From positions 120,032,001-120,096,000 of the forward strand of contig OX597818.1 of the NCBI GenBank assembly GCA_951406725.2: a stretch of DNA of 64,000 bases, written 5' to 3'. Of this stretch, positions 51,760-64,000 are shown in pieces; position 1 is the stretch's first letter; the number at the start of each line of letters is the position of its first letter. The DNA is from Octopus vulgaris (lineage: Eukaryota). The translations under genes and the position numbers were made by a program. Under the pieces are notes generated by a model. The model was not told where the DNA came from, searched no databases, and saw nothing but the letters and a program-made list of their open reading frames with translations.

Positions 51760-53612
51760 CGATGGGTTTCTTTCAGTTTCTGTCTACCAAATCCACTTAC
51801 AAGGCTTTGGTCAGCCCAAGGCTGTAGTAGAAGACACTTACCCAAGGTGCCACGCAGTGGGATTGAACTCAGAACCATGTGGTTGGGAAGCAAGCTTCTT
51901 ACCACACTGCCACTCCTGCACCTATAAAGCCACTCCTGTGTGTGTATGTATCTTTGTGTTTGCATTTGTTCTCCTTCCCTTCTGCTTGACAAATGGTGCT
52001 GGTTTGTTTACATTCCGAGAAGTTAACAGTTTACCAAAAGAGACTAAGAGAATAAATACTAGACTTTAAAAAAAAAATAAGCGCTGGCATTGATTTGTTT
52101 ACCTAAAACCATTCAAGGCAGTGCCCCAGCATGGTCACAGTCCAATGACTGAAACAAGTAAAAGATAAAAGATATATTTTCTATTTTTGTTAAACCTTCC
52201 CTCTAGTCTAACTTCTCTGAACAAGAACCTTTCAAGTTTTCTATGACATAGGTTCTCACAAAGTTTAAATCCAGCAATGGATTAAAAAACAAACATTTAA
52301 TCCCAGTTCCACCAATGGAACTATAACAAAGATAATGAAGAGCAACAAACATGGATTTACTCGTTAAAAGTTATACAGTTTGAAGCCAGGTAAACAGGAA
52401 ATGGATTTAAAAGAGGATTTAACAGAGAATTTGAAAGGTTTAAAGTATCAGGAAAATAAAAGCTGCTATAAGGTTGATGGATGACAGGATCAGAGGAGCA
52501 CAAAACAAAAGACAGGGTGAGACATGGAGTCTGGTAATTCTGAGTTCAAATTCCATTCAGGTCAACTATGATTTTGATTTTAATCTGTTCAAAGTCAATG
52601 AATTATGTACCGATAATTTATTGGAAGAGATTATATATATATTTATATATTTGTTGCCAGTGCCACCTCACTGGCTCCTGTGCCAGTGGCATGTAAAAAG
52701 CACCATACAAGCGTGGTCAATGCCAGTACCGTCTGACTGGCCCCCATGCCGGTGGCCTGTAAAAGGCACCCACTACACTCTCAGAGTGGCTCATGTAGAA
52801 ACCTTGCCAGATCAGATTGGAGCTTGGTGCAGCCTCCTGGCTTCCCAGTCCTCAGTTAAACCATCCAACCTGAGCCAGTATGGAAAGCAGATGTCAAACG
52901 ATGATGATGATGATTATGATGATGCCATGATTGACTGCTAAATCCACAAGTTTTCTTATTCTCTCTCTGATTATTTCCTCGTGTTCCTTTCTGTTGAAGA
53001 GTGTAAACTCGAAACATAAAAGACTTTCTCACTTTCCCGAGTGTCAAACTAATAGACCTGCTTGTTGTTTATACACCTGTCTTTGTCTTTTGTTTTTCTG
53101 TAAATTCCAACTATATATATATATAAAACTGTGAATGTGTGTCTGTATGTGTGCATCACTAAAACTTGAGACCTACCCAACCAATTTCATTCAAATTTTA
53201 CACATGCATTACTAAGGGTCCATAGAGTGTCATGGGCAAAAAAAATGTTCAACTTCTTGCCTAATGCGAGCCTAGAGCAATCTCTTAGACTGTTTCGGTA
53301 TTATATGTCAAAAGTGAAACAATAACATCTCTATTGTAATGTGATACAATATTGTTTCACTTTTACATAGTTTCATTTTTAATAGTTTCACTTTTATTTT
53401 TTTCACTTTTAATTCTAATATCATAACACTAAGACCATCTTATTTTACACATTTACTGTTCAACTACCAGTTAATAATTATTGTAGCAGATACAATGTTG
53501 AAAGGTATTTACAGTTACATACTAACCCTTAAATTAATATTTAATACATGTACTTAACCAATATACATAAAATTATTTTACTCTGTCTGTCTATAATCAC
53601 AACAGCAACAAG

Positions 53613-53613
53613 G

Positions 53614-53690
<77 letters not shown>

Positions 53691-53715
53691 TATATGTACA
53701 TATAAATATGTATAC

Positions 53716-53802
<87 letters not shown>

Positions 53803-53872
53803 TATATATATGTATACATGTATATATATATATATTTATATACATGTATATATATATATACATATACATATA
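53613..53872. repeat. (TA)n-rich microsatellite
   Basis: Direct inspection; other long (CA)/(TA) tracts at 11470-11782, 25315-25925, 29903-30250 and 56980-57350. Confidence 0.9.
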
Positions 53873-54637
53873 CTATAGCCTCAGGCTGACCAAAGCCTTG
53901 TGAGTGGATTTCAGACAAGGAAACTGAAAGAAGACTGTCATATATATATGTGTATATTTGTGTGTGTGTGTGTGTGTGTGAGTACCCCCACCATCACTTG
54001 ATAATTGATGCTGCTATGTTTACATCCCTGTAACTTAGTGGTTTGGCAAAAGACAAATAGAATAAGTACTAGGCTTACAAAAATAAATCCTGTGGTCGAT
54101 TTGTTCACCTAAAGGTGGTGCTGCAGCTTGGCCACAGTCAAATGACCGAAACAAGTTAAAGAATAAAAAGTAGTCTGAAAATATTAACATTCCTCAACAA
54201 AAGACAGATTCGTAAATATCACTGTTTCCCAAACCCTTCAAGATGGTTGCAGTCCAATGACTGAACCAAGTAAAAGATACAAAATAAAATTCATTGATAG
54301 ACTTATCTGTTGATGAAGATTTCAAGTTGGTAACAAGGAATGTGATATCTTACCTGGAAAAAAATAAAATAAAATTAATATAAATAAACAAACAAATGTC
54401 AATATAAGAGAAGCGGAATTAATTATTTCACAACAAACATGATTCTTAAATTGGTGTTTAAATTTGTTTGTTTACCTGTTTGACTTTTTTAGAATTATTT
54501 TTTTCATACAAATTTTATATTTCTTTTCTACAATTATTTTTTATTTTTTATGTATATATTTTCTATTTACTTTCTATAATTATTTATATTTTTCACTTAT
54601 GTATTTATTTATTTTCTATAATAAATTTATATTATTT

Positions 54638-54672
<35 letters not shown>

Positions 54673-54910
54673 ATTTCATATATTCTTATGTATTTTCTAT
54701 ATTTTTACATATATACTTGTATTTATTTTCTATAACTATTTTTTATTCTTTATACATATACTTATTTTTATTTATTTTCTAAATATTTATTTTTTATTTT
54801 ATACACACAAACACACACACACATATATGTTTTATATTCATATTCTATATTTATTTATTATTTTAACATTAAATCTTCTCTGATTTTTAGTATTTGCTTA
54901 AATAAAAATT

Positions 54911-55443
54911 AAGAAGAAGAAGAGGAGGAGGAGGAAGTGAAAGTGGAAGAAGAAAAAGATGAAGAAGAAAAAGATGAAGAAGAAGAAGAATTGGAAGAAG
55001 AAGAATTGGAAGAAGAAGAATTGGAAGAAGAAGAAGAGGAGGAAGTGGAAGTGGAAGAAGAAGAAGAGGAGGAGGAGGAAGTGAAAGTGGAAGAAGAAAA
55101 AGATGAAGAAGAAGAAGAATTGGAAGAAGAAGAATTGGAAGAAGAAGAAGAGGAGGAAGTGGAAGTGGAAGAAGAAGAAGAAGAAGAGGAGGAGGAGGAG
55201 GAGGAAGTGAAAGTGGAAGAAGAAAAAGATGAAGAAGAAAAAGATGAAGAAGAAGAAGAATTGGAAGAAGAAGAATTGGAAGAAGAAGAAGAGGAGGAAG
55301 TGGAAGTGGAAGAAGAAGAAGAGGAGGAGGAGGAGGAGGAGGAGGAGGAAGTGAAAGTGGAAGAAGAAAAAGATGAAGAAGAAGAATTGGAAGAAGAAGA
55401 GGAGGAGGAAGAAGAAGAAGAAGAAGAAGAAGAAGAAGAAGAA
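54911..55443. repeat. Polypurine (GAA/GAG)n tract with higher-order 126-144-bp units
   Basis: gaagtgaaagtggaagaagaaaaagatgaa recurs at 54934, 55078, 55204 and 55348. Confidence 0.9.
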
Positions 55444-55912
55444 GGTTTGCAGGTTCTAGATTGGTAAAAGAAGAAAAAGAAGGAGAGAAAGAGAGAGAGA
55501 GAGAGGAGGAAGAGGAAATGTAAATATGATAAAGTATATTTTGACTTCATCAAGCAACAACAAACTCCATTCTCAGATAACACGTATCAAGTGGTGGAAT
55601 CAATAAAGAAGGAGAGATGCAGCTTCACTGAAAAGCATTAAACATAGAATTCATCTTGGAAACGGTGAAATCTTTCCCTGAAATGTTTGGGAAAATAACA
55701 CGTTCCTCTGTTAATTAAAATTCCTCATTTCCAACAAAATTTTCGAGAACCGAAAATAAATAAATAAATAATGGCAGAAATAAAAATTTGAAAAAAAAAA
55801 AAACAACTTCAACTTTCATAAATAGAATATTAAAAAGAAAGAAAGAAAGAAAGAAAGAAACTGAATCTGATTTTAGTTCAGTGGAAGATAATTGAAAATT
55901 TAGAATTTAAAG

Positions 55913-56283
55913 ATGATGATGATGACAATGATGATGACGACGATGATGATGAGGATGATGATGATGATGACGATGATGATAAGGATAATGATGATGATTA
56001 TGATGAAGATGATGATAATGATGATGATGAGGATAATGATGATGATGATGATGATGATGAGGATAATGATGATGATGAGGATGATTATGATGATAATGAT
56101 GATGATTATGACGAAGATGATGATAATGATGATGATGAGGATGATTATGATGATAATGATGATGATGATGATGATTATGACGAAGATGATGATAATGATG
56201 ATGAGGAGGATGATGATGATTATGATTATGATGATGATAATGATGATAATGATGACAATGATGAATGATGATGATGACGATGA
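55913..56283. repeat. (GAT)n microsatellite
   Basis: Direct inspection. Confidence 0.9.
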
Positions 56284-57107
56284 ATGTGAGAGAAGTGTAC
56301 TAATAAATAAATACTAATAAATATTTTTTTTTTTAAATAGAAAAAGTACGGAAAATGTGAAAGGGAAAAAAATGGAAGAAAAGAAAATCAATAATAATTA
56401 TAACGCTCCTACTACCACCACCACCACCACTGATGATGACGATGATGATGGTGATGATGAATTTTGTAAAAATAAGTTGCAAGAATCTTAATCTTGGAAA
56501 GGGGAACCTTCAAAACAAAATGCCAACACAGATGGTTTCTCAAATGACTCTGGCAATGTTTATTCAACAAGTTCTAATAGCAGAAATTATAAATATCAAC
56601 ACCGGCAGTAAGGAACAACAACAACAACAACAAAATGCAGTAGCAGCCGACAATTAAATATATTTAGCTTGGATTGTGAAATGAAATAGTATGTTTGAGA
56701 CAGATATATAGGTGTGTGTGTGTGTGTGTGTGTGCGTGAGTGTGTGTGTGTGTGAGAGAGAGAGAGACAGAGAGAGAGAAAGAGAAGGTAGGTAGTTGGT
56801 AGGGTGAGGGTATGGCAGATGTATTTAAAAGTAAGGTAGATTCTGCTTGGGGAATAAGGCATTTAGAAAACAGCTCCACAGTCTGCCTGTACGTAAGTAT
56901 GTGTGTATGTATGTAGGTAGGTGGGTAAGTATGTATGTGTGTGAAAAGAGATAGAAAGGGAAAAAGAGAAAAACTGTTGTGTGTGTGTGTGTGTGTGTGT
57001 GTACATATATGTGTATATATGTATATATATATGTGTGTGTATACACATATATATGTGCACATATAAGTATATATATGTATTTATATATATGCATACACAT
57101 AGATACA

Positions 57108-57142
<35 letters not shown>

Positions 57143-57294
57143 GATAAAAGGCATATTATATGTATGAGTATACATATATATATATTTGAAGAACTGTTAC
57201 CCATTGTATTTGTATATATATACATACATTTACATACACACATAAGCATATATATATATATATATATATATATGGATAACAGTACTATAAAAGC

Positions 57295-57350
<56 letters not shown>

Positions 57351-57819
57351 AAACATTTGTTTCTTTTAATAGTTATTCATATTTTCAACTTTAAAAGAAA
57401 ATATATTTCCTTTGTGTATATGTATATGTGTGTGTGAGTGTGTATGTGTATGCATGTGTGTACATGCATACATGTTAGGACCTTTGTTAGTACAATTTTT
57501 TTGCTTTGTTTTGCATAAAAAGAAGTTTAAAAGGAGGAGGAGGAGACGGCGGCGAAAAAGGAAGGGAATATTTTATAAGCAGCAAGAGAGAATTAATTGA
57601 ATAAGATTATCTGAAGGAAAAGAAAAAAAAAGAAAAGAAAAAGGATAAAAAGTGGTGGATGGGGGGGGGTAGAGGAAGAGGATCAATCTGAAAGTGAAAG
57701 TAAAATAAACGATATAAATAGCAATTGGGATGGAGAAGAGAAATTCGAAATAGAAAACAAAATTACATAGAAAACTAATCTAAAGAAGACATATTATAAA
57801 GACTTAGCTAGAGCATGCA

Positions 57820-57868
57820 AATGATAATAATAATAATAATAATAATAATGATAATAATAATAATAATG

Positions 57869-57911
<43 letters not shown>

Positions 57912-58039
57912 CAATGATAATGATAATAATGATAATAATAATGACAATGATAATGATAATAATGATAATAATAATAATAATAATAATGATAATAATAATA
58001 ATGATGATAATGATAATAATAATAATAATAATAATAATG

Positions 58040-58076
<37 letters not shown>

Positions 58077-58078
58077 CA

Positions 58079-58109
<31 letters not shown>

Positions 58110-58150
58110 CAATGATAATGATAATAATAATAAGAAGAATAGCAATAATA

Positions 58151-58181
<31 letters not shown>

Positions 58182-58216
58182 TAGTAATAGTAATAATAGT
58201 AATAGTAATAATAATA

Positions 58217-58247
<31 letters not shown>

Positions 58248-58275
58248 GAAGAAGAAGAAGAAGAAGAAGAATAGC

Positions 58276-58316
<41 letters not shown>

Positions 58317-58355
58317 GAACAACAACAACAACAACAACAATAAAAAGAAGAAGAA
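57820..58355. repeat. (AAT)n microsatellite with variant units
   Basis: Direct inspection. Confidence 0.9.
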
Positions 58356-58800
58356 GGTCTTAGATTGGTATGTGTTGTACAGGGAGAAAAGATCTATTAA
58401 GTAAGCTGAGATTGCCATCTGCATTCTGCAGTCTTTGATTATTTCCAAAATAATCTCAAGTGTATTATCCCACAGATATCTTGTGTCAATAGAAAAGACT
58501 GTATTAGTTTCTCATATAAAGTTCGCCAATGAGGAAGTGGAAACTTGTTACGGGGTGAATGGAGTGCAAGGGAAAAATCTTCAGAGGAAGAACTCCTGCG
58601 AGGCAAGTGTTTTGATTTATTAGTTCCTGACTCTTTCAAGGACCTGGTTCCACCTAGGTGATGACTCTTAGGGGTCCTCCTGCTGCTTTAGAAGTGCCCC
58701 ATTTACTGGGGTTTGAACTCAGAACTTGCAGGGGATTTTATTATCTAGAGCTGTGATACATTATTTACATTTGACAGATATTTGTCCTCATCCTGTTGTT

Positions 58801-58846
58801 AACACAACGTTTCGGCTGATATACCCTCCAGCCTTCATCAGGTGTC
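58801..58846 (-). ncRNA. Minimal type-I hammerhead ribozyme, intact core (tail of the tRNA-SINE)
   Basis: gacac CTGATGA a ggctg gagggtatat cagcc GAAA C GT T gtgtt: helix I gacac/gtgtt, helix II ggctg/cagcc, palindromic helix III ACGT. Confidence 0.8.
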
Positions 58847-58939
58847 TTAGGGAAATTTCGAACCTGGGTCCTCATTCCTAAGGTATTTTTCAATGTTATT
58901 ATTATTATTATTATTATTATCATCATCATTATTATTATT

Positions 58940-59346
58940 ATATAGCCTTTGCACAGCTTCTAACGCTGGAGATGTACTACGGTGTCAGCTGTTCACTACC
59001 AGTGAACTAAGGTAAAACCTCTTAATTTTCGAGCACTTTCCAGAATATTTGAGCGGTTCCAAACAGTGCTGTTTTCTACAAGTGCTCCACTCTTATTGCA
59101 GCCCCTATTTGTTCCACGTACTTCTTGAGATTTTTTCTCACTGTTCCCAGGGCTCCGACAATTATTGGCACTACTGCTACCTTTTTCATCAACTACAACT
59201 GCTTAACTTCCCAAGCTAACCTGTCATATCTCTCGACTTTTCTTTCTTCCTTATCGCATACCTTGTTGTCAGCTGGGCATGCTATATCTATGATCCAGCA
59301 TAGTTTGTTTTCTTTCTCAATTAAGACTATGTCCAGCTTCCTATTC
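58940..59346 (-). mobile_element. Second, distinct R4/Dong-clade LINE 3' fragment in (TAA)n, with two in-frame stops
   Basis: NRKLDIVLIEKENKLCWIIDIACPADNKVCDKEERKVERYDRLAWEVKQL*LMKKVAVVPIIVGALGTVRKNLKKY...KTALFGTAQIFWKVLEN*. Confidence 0.85.
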
Positions 59347-59569
59347 TTTTTATTATTATTATTCAGGTCACTGCCTGGGATTGAACTAGGAATCTTGGGG
59401 TTAGTAGCCCGCGCTCTTAACCACTACGCCATATGCCCGTGGTGTTTATCATTCAACCACAAAGACCATTAAAAGAACTCACAATGTGGGTCTATTTCAA
59501 AATGGATTTCCCTCCTATTACCCTCTGTTTAATGGCTTGCAGTATTTTTCTCAGCTTCAGCTATGATTT

Positions 59570-59760
59570 CTCTTTCCCCATAAAAGACATTAAGCTCTTC
59601 TTGGCTGTCTCTGACAGGTGTTTCATCATTGATGTTCTCTGGCAACTTTTGATCTGACCCATGGAGGCTGTGATAAATCCTTGTGCACCAACTTCTACTG
59701 CACTGTATAGTGCAATGGTACCCCTCATTTGCTAAATCTTTCACAATTTCCTCATCTCAA
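59570..59760 (-). mobile_element. Decayed Hero-like (R2-group) LINE REL C-terminal fragment
   Basis: Frameshifted translation EEIVKDLANEGYHC / AVEVGAQGFITASM...KHLSETAKKS / LWGKR resembles the PVEVGCRGF...LSEAAE.SS.WLWLKR pattern. Confidence 0.55.
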
Positions 59761-60987
59761 AACTTGTATAGATTGAGAAAAATTTGAACATCTTTGAAAA
59801 ATTTCAATCCAATTCATTTGTTTTTATCACAAAATTATAGCAAATTACCATAATAACTATAATTATCATAATTAGACAGGATAGAGATTAAAATATTAAC
59901 TGGTAGGTTCCCTTATCAGAACTAGTTGCATAGAGTAAATAGTACACTACATGACCAGTGGAAGTAATTACATTTTAAAACTGGTTAATAGTTTTAAATT
60001 CTTAACATGCATATTGCACCATATGTATGGTGTAATATGCACTTAAAAACGAAAAAACAGTCTTTATCTTCTACTTTCAACTAGCCATAAATTTGAGATC
60101 TTGCGTCTAAATGAAAAATTATGAGACTGATATGTTGTTTGTATTTCTTAATATACATACATACATGTGTGTGTGTGTTTGTATGTATATATATATATTT
60201 ATATATATATATTAATCAAAATATACAGTATCATAGATCCATTACGGCTGATCTTAACAAATGGTCTCATTTTATATTAGATAAATGGAAAGTTATATCA
60301 CACACATACTCTTTAGGGATGGCAGGTATGGAAAATATATACCTGCAATCCCTGAAGTACATGTGTATTAGATAACAGCCTAATTACCTAATGTCAGTTT
60401 TGAAAATGACTCTTCAAGCAAACGGGGAACCATTACTCTCATAACCTACTGCCTCTTCAACTCTCTCTCTCTTTCTTCTTCTTCATTCCACACCTTACTC
60501 TCTTCTAACACTTCTTTCACACCATCTATACCCTGCCTTCTTCTTCTTCTTCTCCCCACTTCTTTTCTCCCATTCTATAAGCAAGAAAGAAAAGTTAATA
60601 AAAAAAATGGAACAAAGAAAGAAAAGATCCTCCCCCCACCCCGCCCGTTCTCCTGCCGTCTTCTCAAATTCTAATTTCTTCCTCTCTGACATCCTCTCCA
60701 TTTCATAAATACTTTGCATCTGGATCTTTGCTTTAGATTTTGGGCATGTTTGTTTGTACTGTTTGTTGTATTGTTTATAATTTTGAATAAAATTTAAGAA
60801 TTTCTCCCCCCACCACCACCACCACCACCACACACACACAGACATCTCATTCTTTAGTAAATATAATACATCCCACCTCCATGTCTGCTTCTCGTACCCC
60901 CCCACCACATCATTTCGTTACTACTACCAGCATCATAACTACCACTACTGCAGTACAGATCTACTGGAATTATTCTTAGTTATATTG

Positions 60988-61570
60988 ACATCATCATCCT
61001 CATCCTCATCATCATTATCATCACAACCACCACCACCACCACCATTATCATCCTCATCATCACCATCATTGTCTTTATCACCACCATCACCACCACCACC
61101 ACCATTATCATCCACATCATCTTCATTATCATCATCATCACCATCATTGTCCTTATCACTACCACCACCACAACTACCATTATCATCCTCATCTTCGTCA
61201 TCATCATCATCACCATCATTGTCCTTATCACAACCACCATCACCACCATTATCATCCTCATTGTCCTCATCATCTTCATCATCCTCATCATCACCATCAT
61301 TGTCCTTATCACCACCACCACCACAACCATTATCATCCTCATCATCCTCATCTTCGTCATCATCATCATCATCATTGTCCTTATCACAACCACCATCACC
61401 ACCATTATCATCCTCATTGTCCTCATCATCTTCATCATCATCATAATCACCATCATAACCACCACCACCACCACCACCACCACCCACCTCCTCATCACCA
61501 CCATCATCCTTATCCTCCTCTTCATCCTCACCACCACTACCACCACCACCACCACCACAATTGTCATCAT
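60988..61570. repeat. (CAT/CAC)n compound repeat with higher-order subunits
   Basis: Recurrent cattgtccttatcac...accaccattatcatcctca blocks. Confidence 0.85.
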
Positions 61571-63185
61571 AAGATCAACCTATGCCACAACGTCAGCCCC
61601 CCCCCCCCCCACCCACCCCGTGGCTGGGTATTGCCACAAAGTAGCAGAGATTTTGAATGGTTTTCCTTCTTCTTGATGAGGGTGGTGGTGGTGGTGGTGG
61701 TGGGGTGGGGTGTGTTGGGTTACCCCTACACCAGGCTAATGGGTTCCATATGTCTGACTGACTCGCTAATTAACTCATACCCAAGACCCTGACAGATGCT
61801 ACAACACCGGGTCAGAACAGACCTTGGAACGAGAGTGGTTACGAAGTGGGTCCCACACTCCTCATATACTACCACCTAAACTACAAAAATCTCCGCATAC
61901 ATTCAACCTCACTACCACTCTCACAAACACAACCCTAACCATTGAAGCCAAAGAAGCCTCCACACAGTTACTTCACCAACTAGAAATAGCAACCAATTCT
62001 CCCTCAAATCATACTCTACTGCTTTAAAATTGAGAAGGCTGCATTTCGTAATGTAGCTGTAGTTTAGGTATATCTGTAAAATACAAGATGGGATGTTCAT
62101 GGTTGGAATGTCTAATAGTAGTAGTAGTAGTAGTAAAGGGTAAAGGGTAAAAATCCCCTTTGGTCATGAATGCTGGTCACCCATGCATACCGGCCTCCCC
62201 TCTCCATGCCACCAGTGTTATCCAAGGGAAAGGCAAAGGCTGATACAGCTTGGCACCTGTGACATCGCAACTCATTTCTACAGTTGAGGGAACTGGAACA
62301 ACATGAAATAAAGTGTCCTGCATGAGATCATAACACACAGCCTAGCCTAGGAATATAAACATACATATATGATATATGCATATATATACATATATATACA
62401 TACACACACACACATATATATATATACACATATATATATATGTTTACGTCACCGTAACTTAGCAGTTTGGCAAAAGAGACTGATAGAATAAGTACTAGGC
62501 TAACAAAGAATAAGTCCTGGGGTCGATTTGCTCAACTAAAGGCGGTGCTCCAGCATGGCCACAGTCAAATGACTGGAACAAGTAAAAGAGTAAAGAGTAT
62601 GCCGGGCGAAATGCTTGGCGGTATTTCGTCTGTCTTTATGTTCTGAGTTCAAATTCCACCGAGGTCGACTTTGCCTTTCATCCTTTCGGGGTCAATAAAT
62701 TAAGTACCTGTTGCATACTGGGTTCGATCTTATTTCAGGCCTTGTGCCTAGAGTAGGAAAGACAGTTGTTGTTGTTGTTGTTGTTGTTGTTAAACTCCAA
62801 GTCAGCTCTGACTGAGAAGGCCTATGATCAAAGGTATTCCAATCATGACGGTCCTGTTTTGATGAGATGATGAAGAATTTCAGGGGGAATTTCTACCTGA
62901 GCAAGCAACCATGTAGAAGCTCTCATCATATTTGGGTCGAATATGGCCCACTTAAATTACTAAAGAGTGAAATACCCATAAGTGGTTTAGGTGGTGGTGG
63001 TTTAGGTTGTGGTGGTGGTGGTGGTGGTGGCGGAGACAATGGTGTTGAATTGTTGAGGAAATGGTGTCTGCGATTCTAGTTGTTATTGCTGCTTCATTTC
63101 AGTCCAACCCTAATAAAATAAATATTATGCTGCTTCTGTTCATACTGCTGCTGCTGCTGCTACTACTACTACTACGACTACTACA

Positions 63186-63221
<36 letters not shown>

Positions 63222-63530
63222 GCTTCTACTATGACTAAGTGAAAGTGTATGGTTCAGTGGTTAGAGTACTGGGCTCGCAATCCTAAGGTAGTGAGTTTGA
63301 TACCCAGGCCGGGTTGTGTGTTGTGTTCTTGAGCAAGACTCTTTATTTCTCCTTGCTCCAGTTAACTCAGCTGTAGAAATGAGTTGTGACATCACTGATG
63401 CCAAACTGTATCGGCCTTTGCCTTTCTGTTGGATAGCATCAGTGACATGGAGAGGGGAGGCTGGTATGTATGGATGTCAAGTGATGTTGGGGGGGCAAAC
63501 ACAGACACACAAACATATACACATGCATAG

Positions 63531-63587
<57 letters not shown>

Positions 63588-64000
63588 TACGATGGGCTTC
63601 TTTCAGTTTCCGTCTACCAAATCCACTGACAAGTAGAAGACATTTGCCCAAGGTGCTACACAGTAGGACTGAACCCGGAACCATGTGGTTGGTAAGCAAG
63701 CTACTTACCACACAGCCACTCCTATGCCTAACGTTTCTGCCAGCTTGCCGCCTTACTACAACAACTGTGTAGGGATCCATCTACAGTGGATCCAGTTAGC
63801 ATTCCAGAGTAGGGACAAACTGATTGTAGAATATGACAGTAACAAGGCTTACGATGGTGGCGGTGATGGCGATGGTGGTTGTGGGGATAATGTCTGTAGT
63901 GATGATGATGATGGTGGTGGTGGTGATGATATTTATTGAGGTAGTAGTTGTGCTGATGGTGGTGGTGGGGGTGTTGGTGATAGTGATGGTGATGATGGTA

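Larger units (their letters stand above)
58760..59441 (-). mobile_element. Near full-length tRNA-hammerhead SINE interrupted by an R4/Dong-like LINE fragment
   Basis: Head gggcatatggcgtagtggttaagagcgcgggctactaaccccaagattcctagttcaatcccaggcagtgacc at 59441-59362; (AAT)n split by the LINE insert; body and intact hammerhead at 58895-58760. Confidence 0.8.

Noticed and set aside
54937-55467. 176-aa poly-Glu ORF and opposite-strand poly-Ser ORF
   Set aside because: Pure triplet-repeat translation with no splice or domain support; the same applies to ORFs at 39726-40999, 55913-56317, 57804-58448 and 60945-61570.
55500-55583. GVCCCLMKSKYTLSYLHFLF as a possible first coding exon
   Set aside because: No ATG start in the right place, no donor site, and it runs into low-complexity sequence.
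59362-59441. tRNA-like sequence as a true tRNA gene
   Set aside because: Poor acceptor stem, followed by the SINE body and repeated in the window, so it is a SINE head; the same applies to 10794-10866.

Overview
AT-rich, microsatellite- and repeat-dense eukaryotic DNA. The SINE/MITE content looks like an Octopus (coleoid cephalopod) genome; this is inferred from repeat recognition, not from a search. The only host gene I can support is a CD9-like 4-cysteine tetraspanin on the minus strand. It has six coding exons (30634-30440, 26699-26625, 15552-15457, 14178-14089, 11894-11811, 9903-9847), all joined in phase 0, plus a probable 3'-UTR exon starting at 7229. The first coding exon was not found and probably lies beyond 64000. 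The rest is tRNA-derived SINEs, piggyBac/hAT MITEs, Helitron-like elements, 3' fragments of REL-endonuclease LINEs (two R4/Dong-like in (TAA)n, one Hero-like), a Penelope-like fragment and long triplet repeats. Most ORF-track entries are microsatellite artefacts. Main observations: (1) a family of tRNA-headed SINEs ending in a minimal type-I hammerhead ribozyme, found three times as head-to-head inverted dimers, suggesting SINEs mobilised by Penelope-like elements; (2) several unrelated minimal hammerheads with palindromic helix III, one near-intact on the sense strand of the tetraspanin 3'-UTR intron; (3) a strong AG|GTAAG recursive-splice (ratchet) candidate in the long upstream intron; (4) a dense cluster of RFX X-box-like motifs just past the gene's 3' end.
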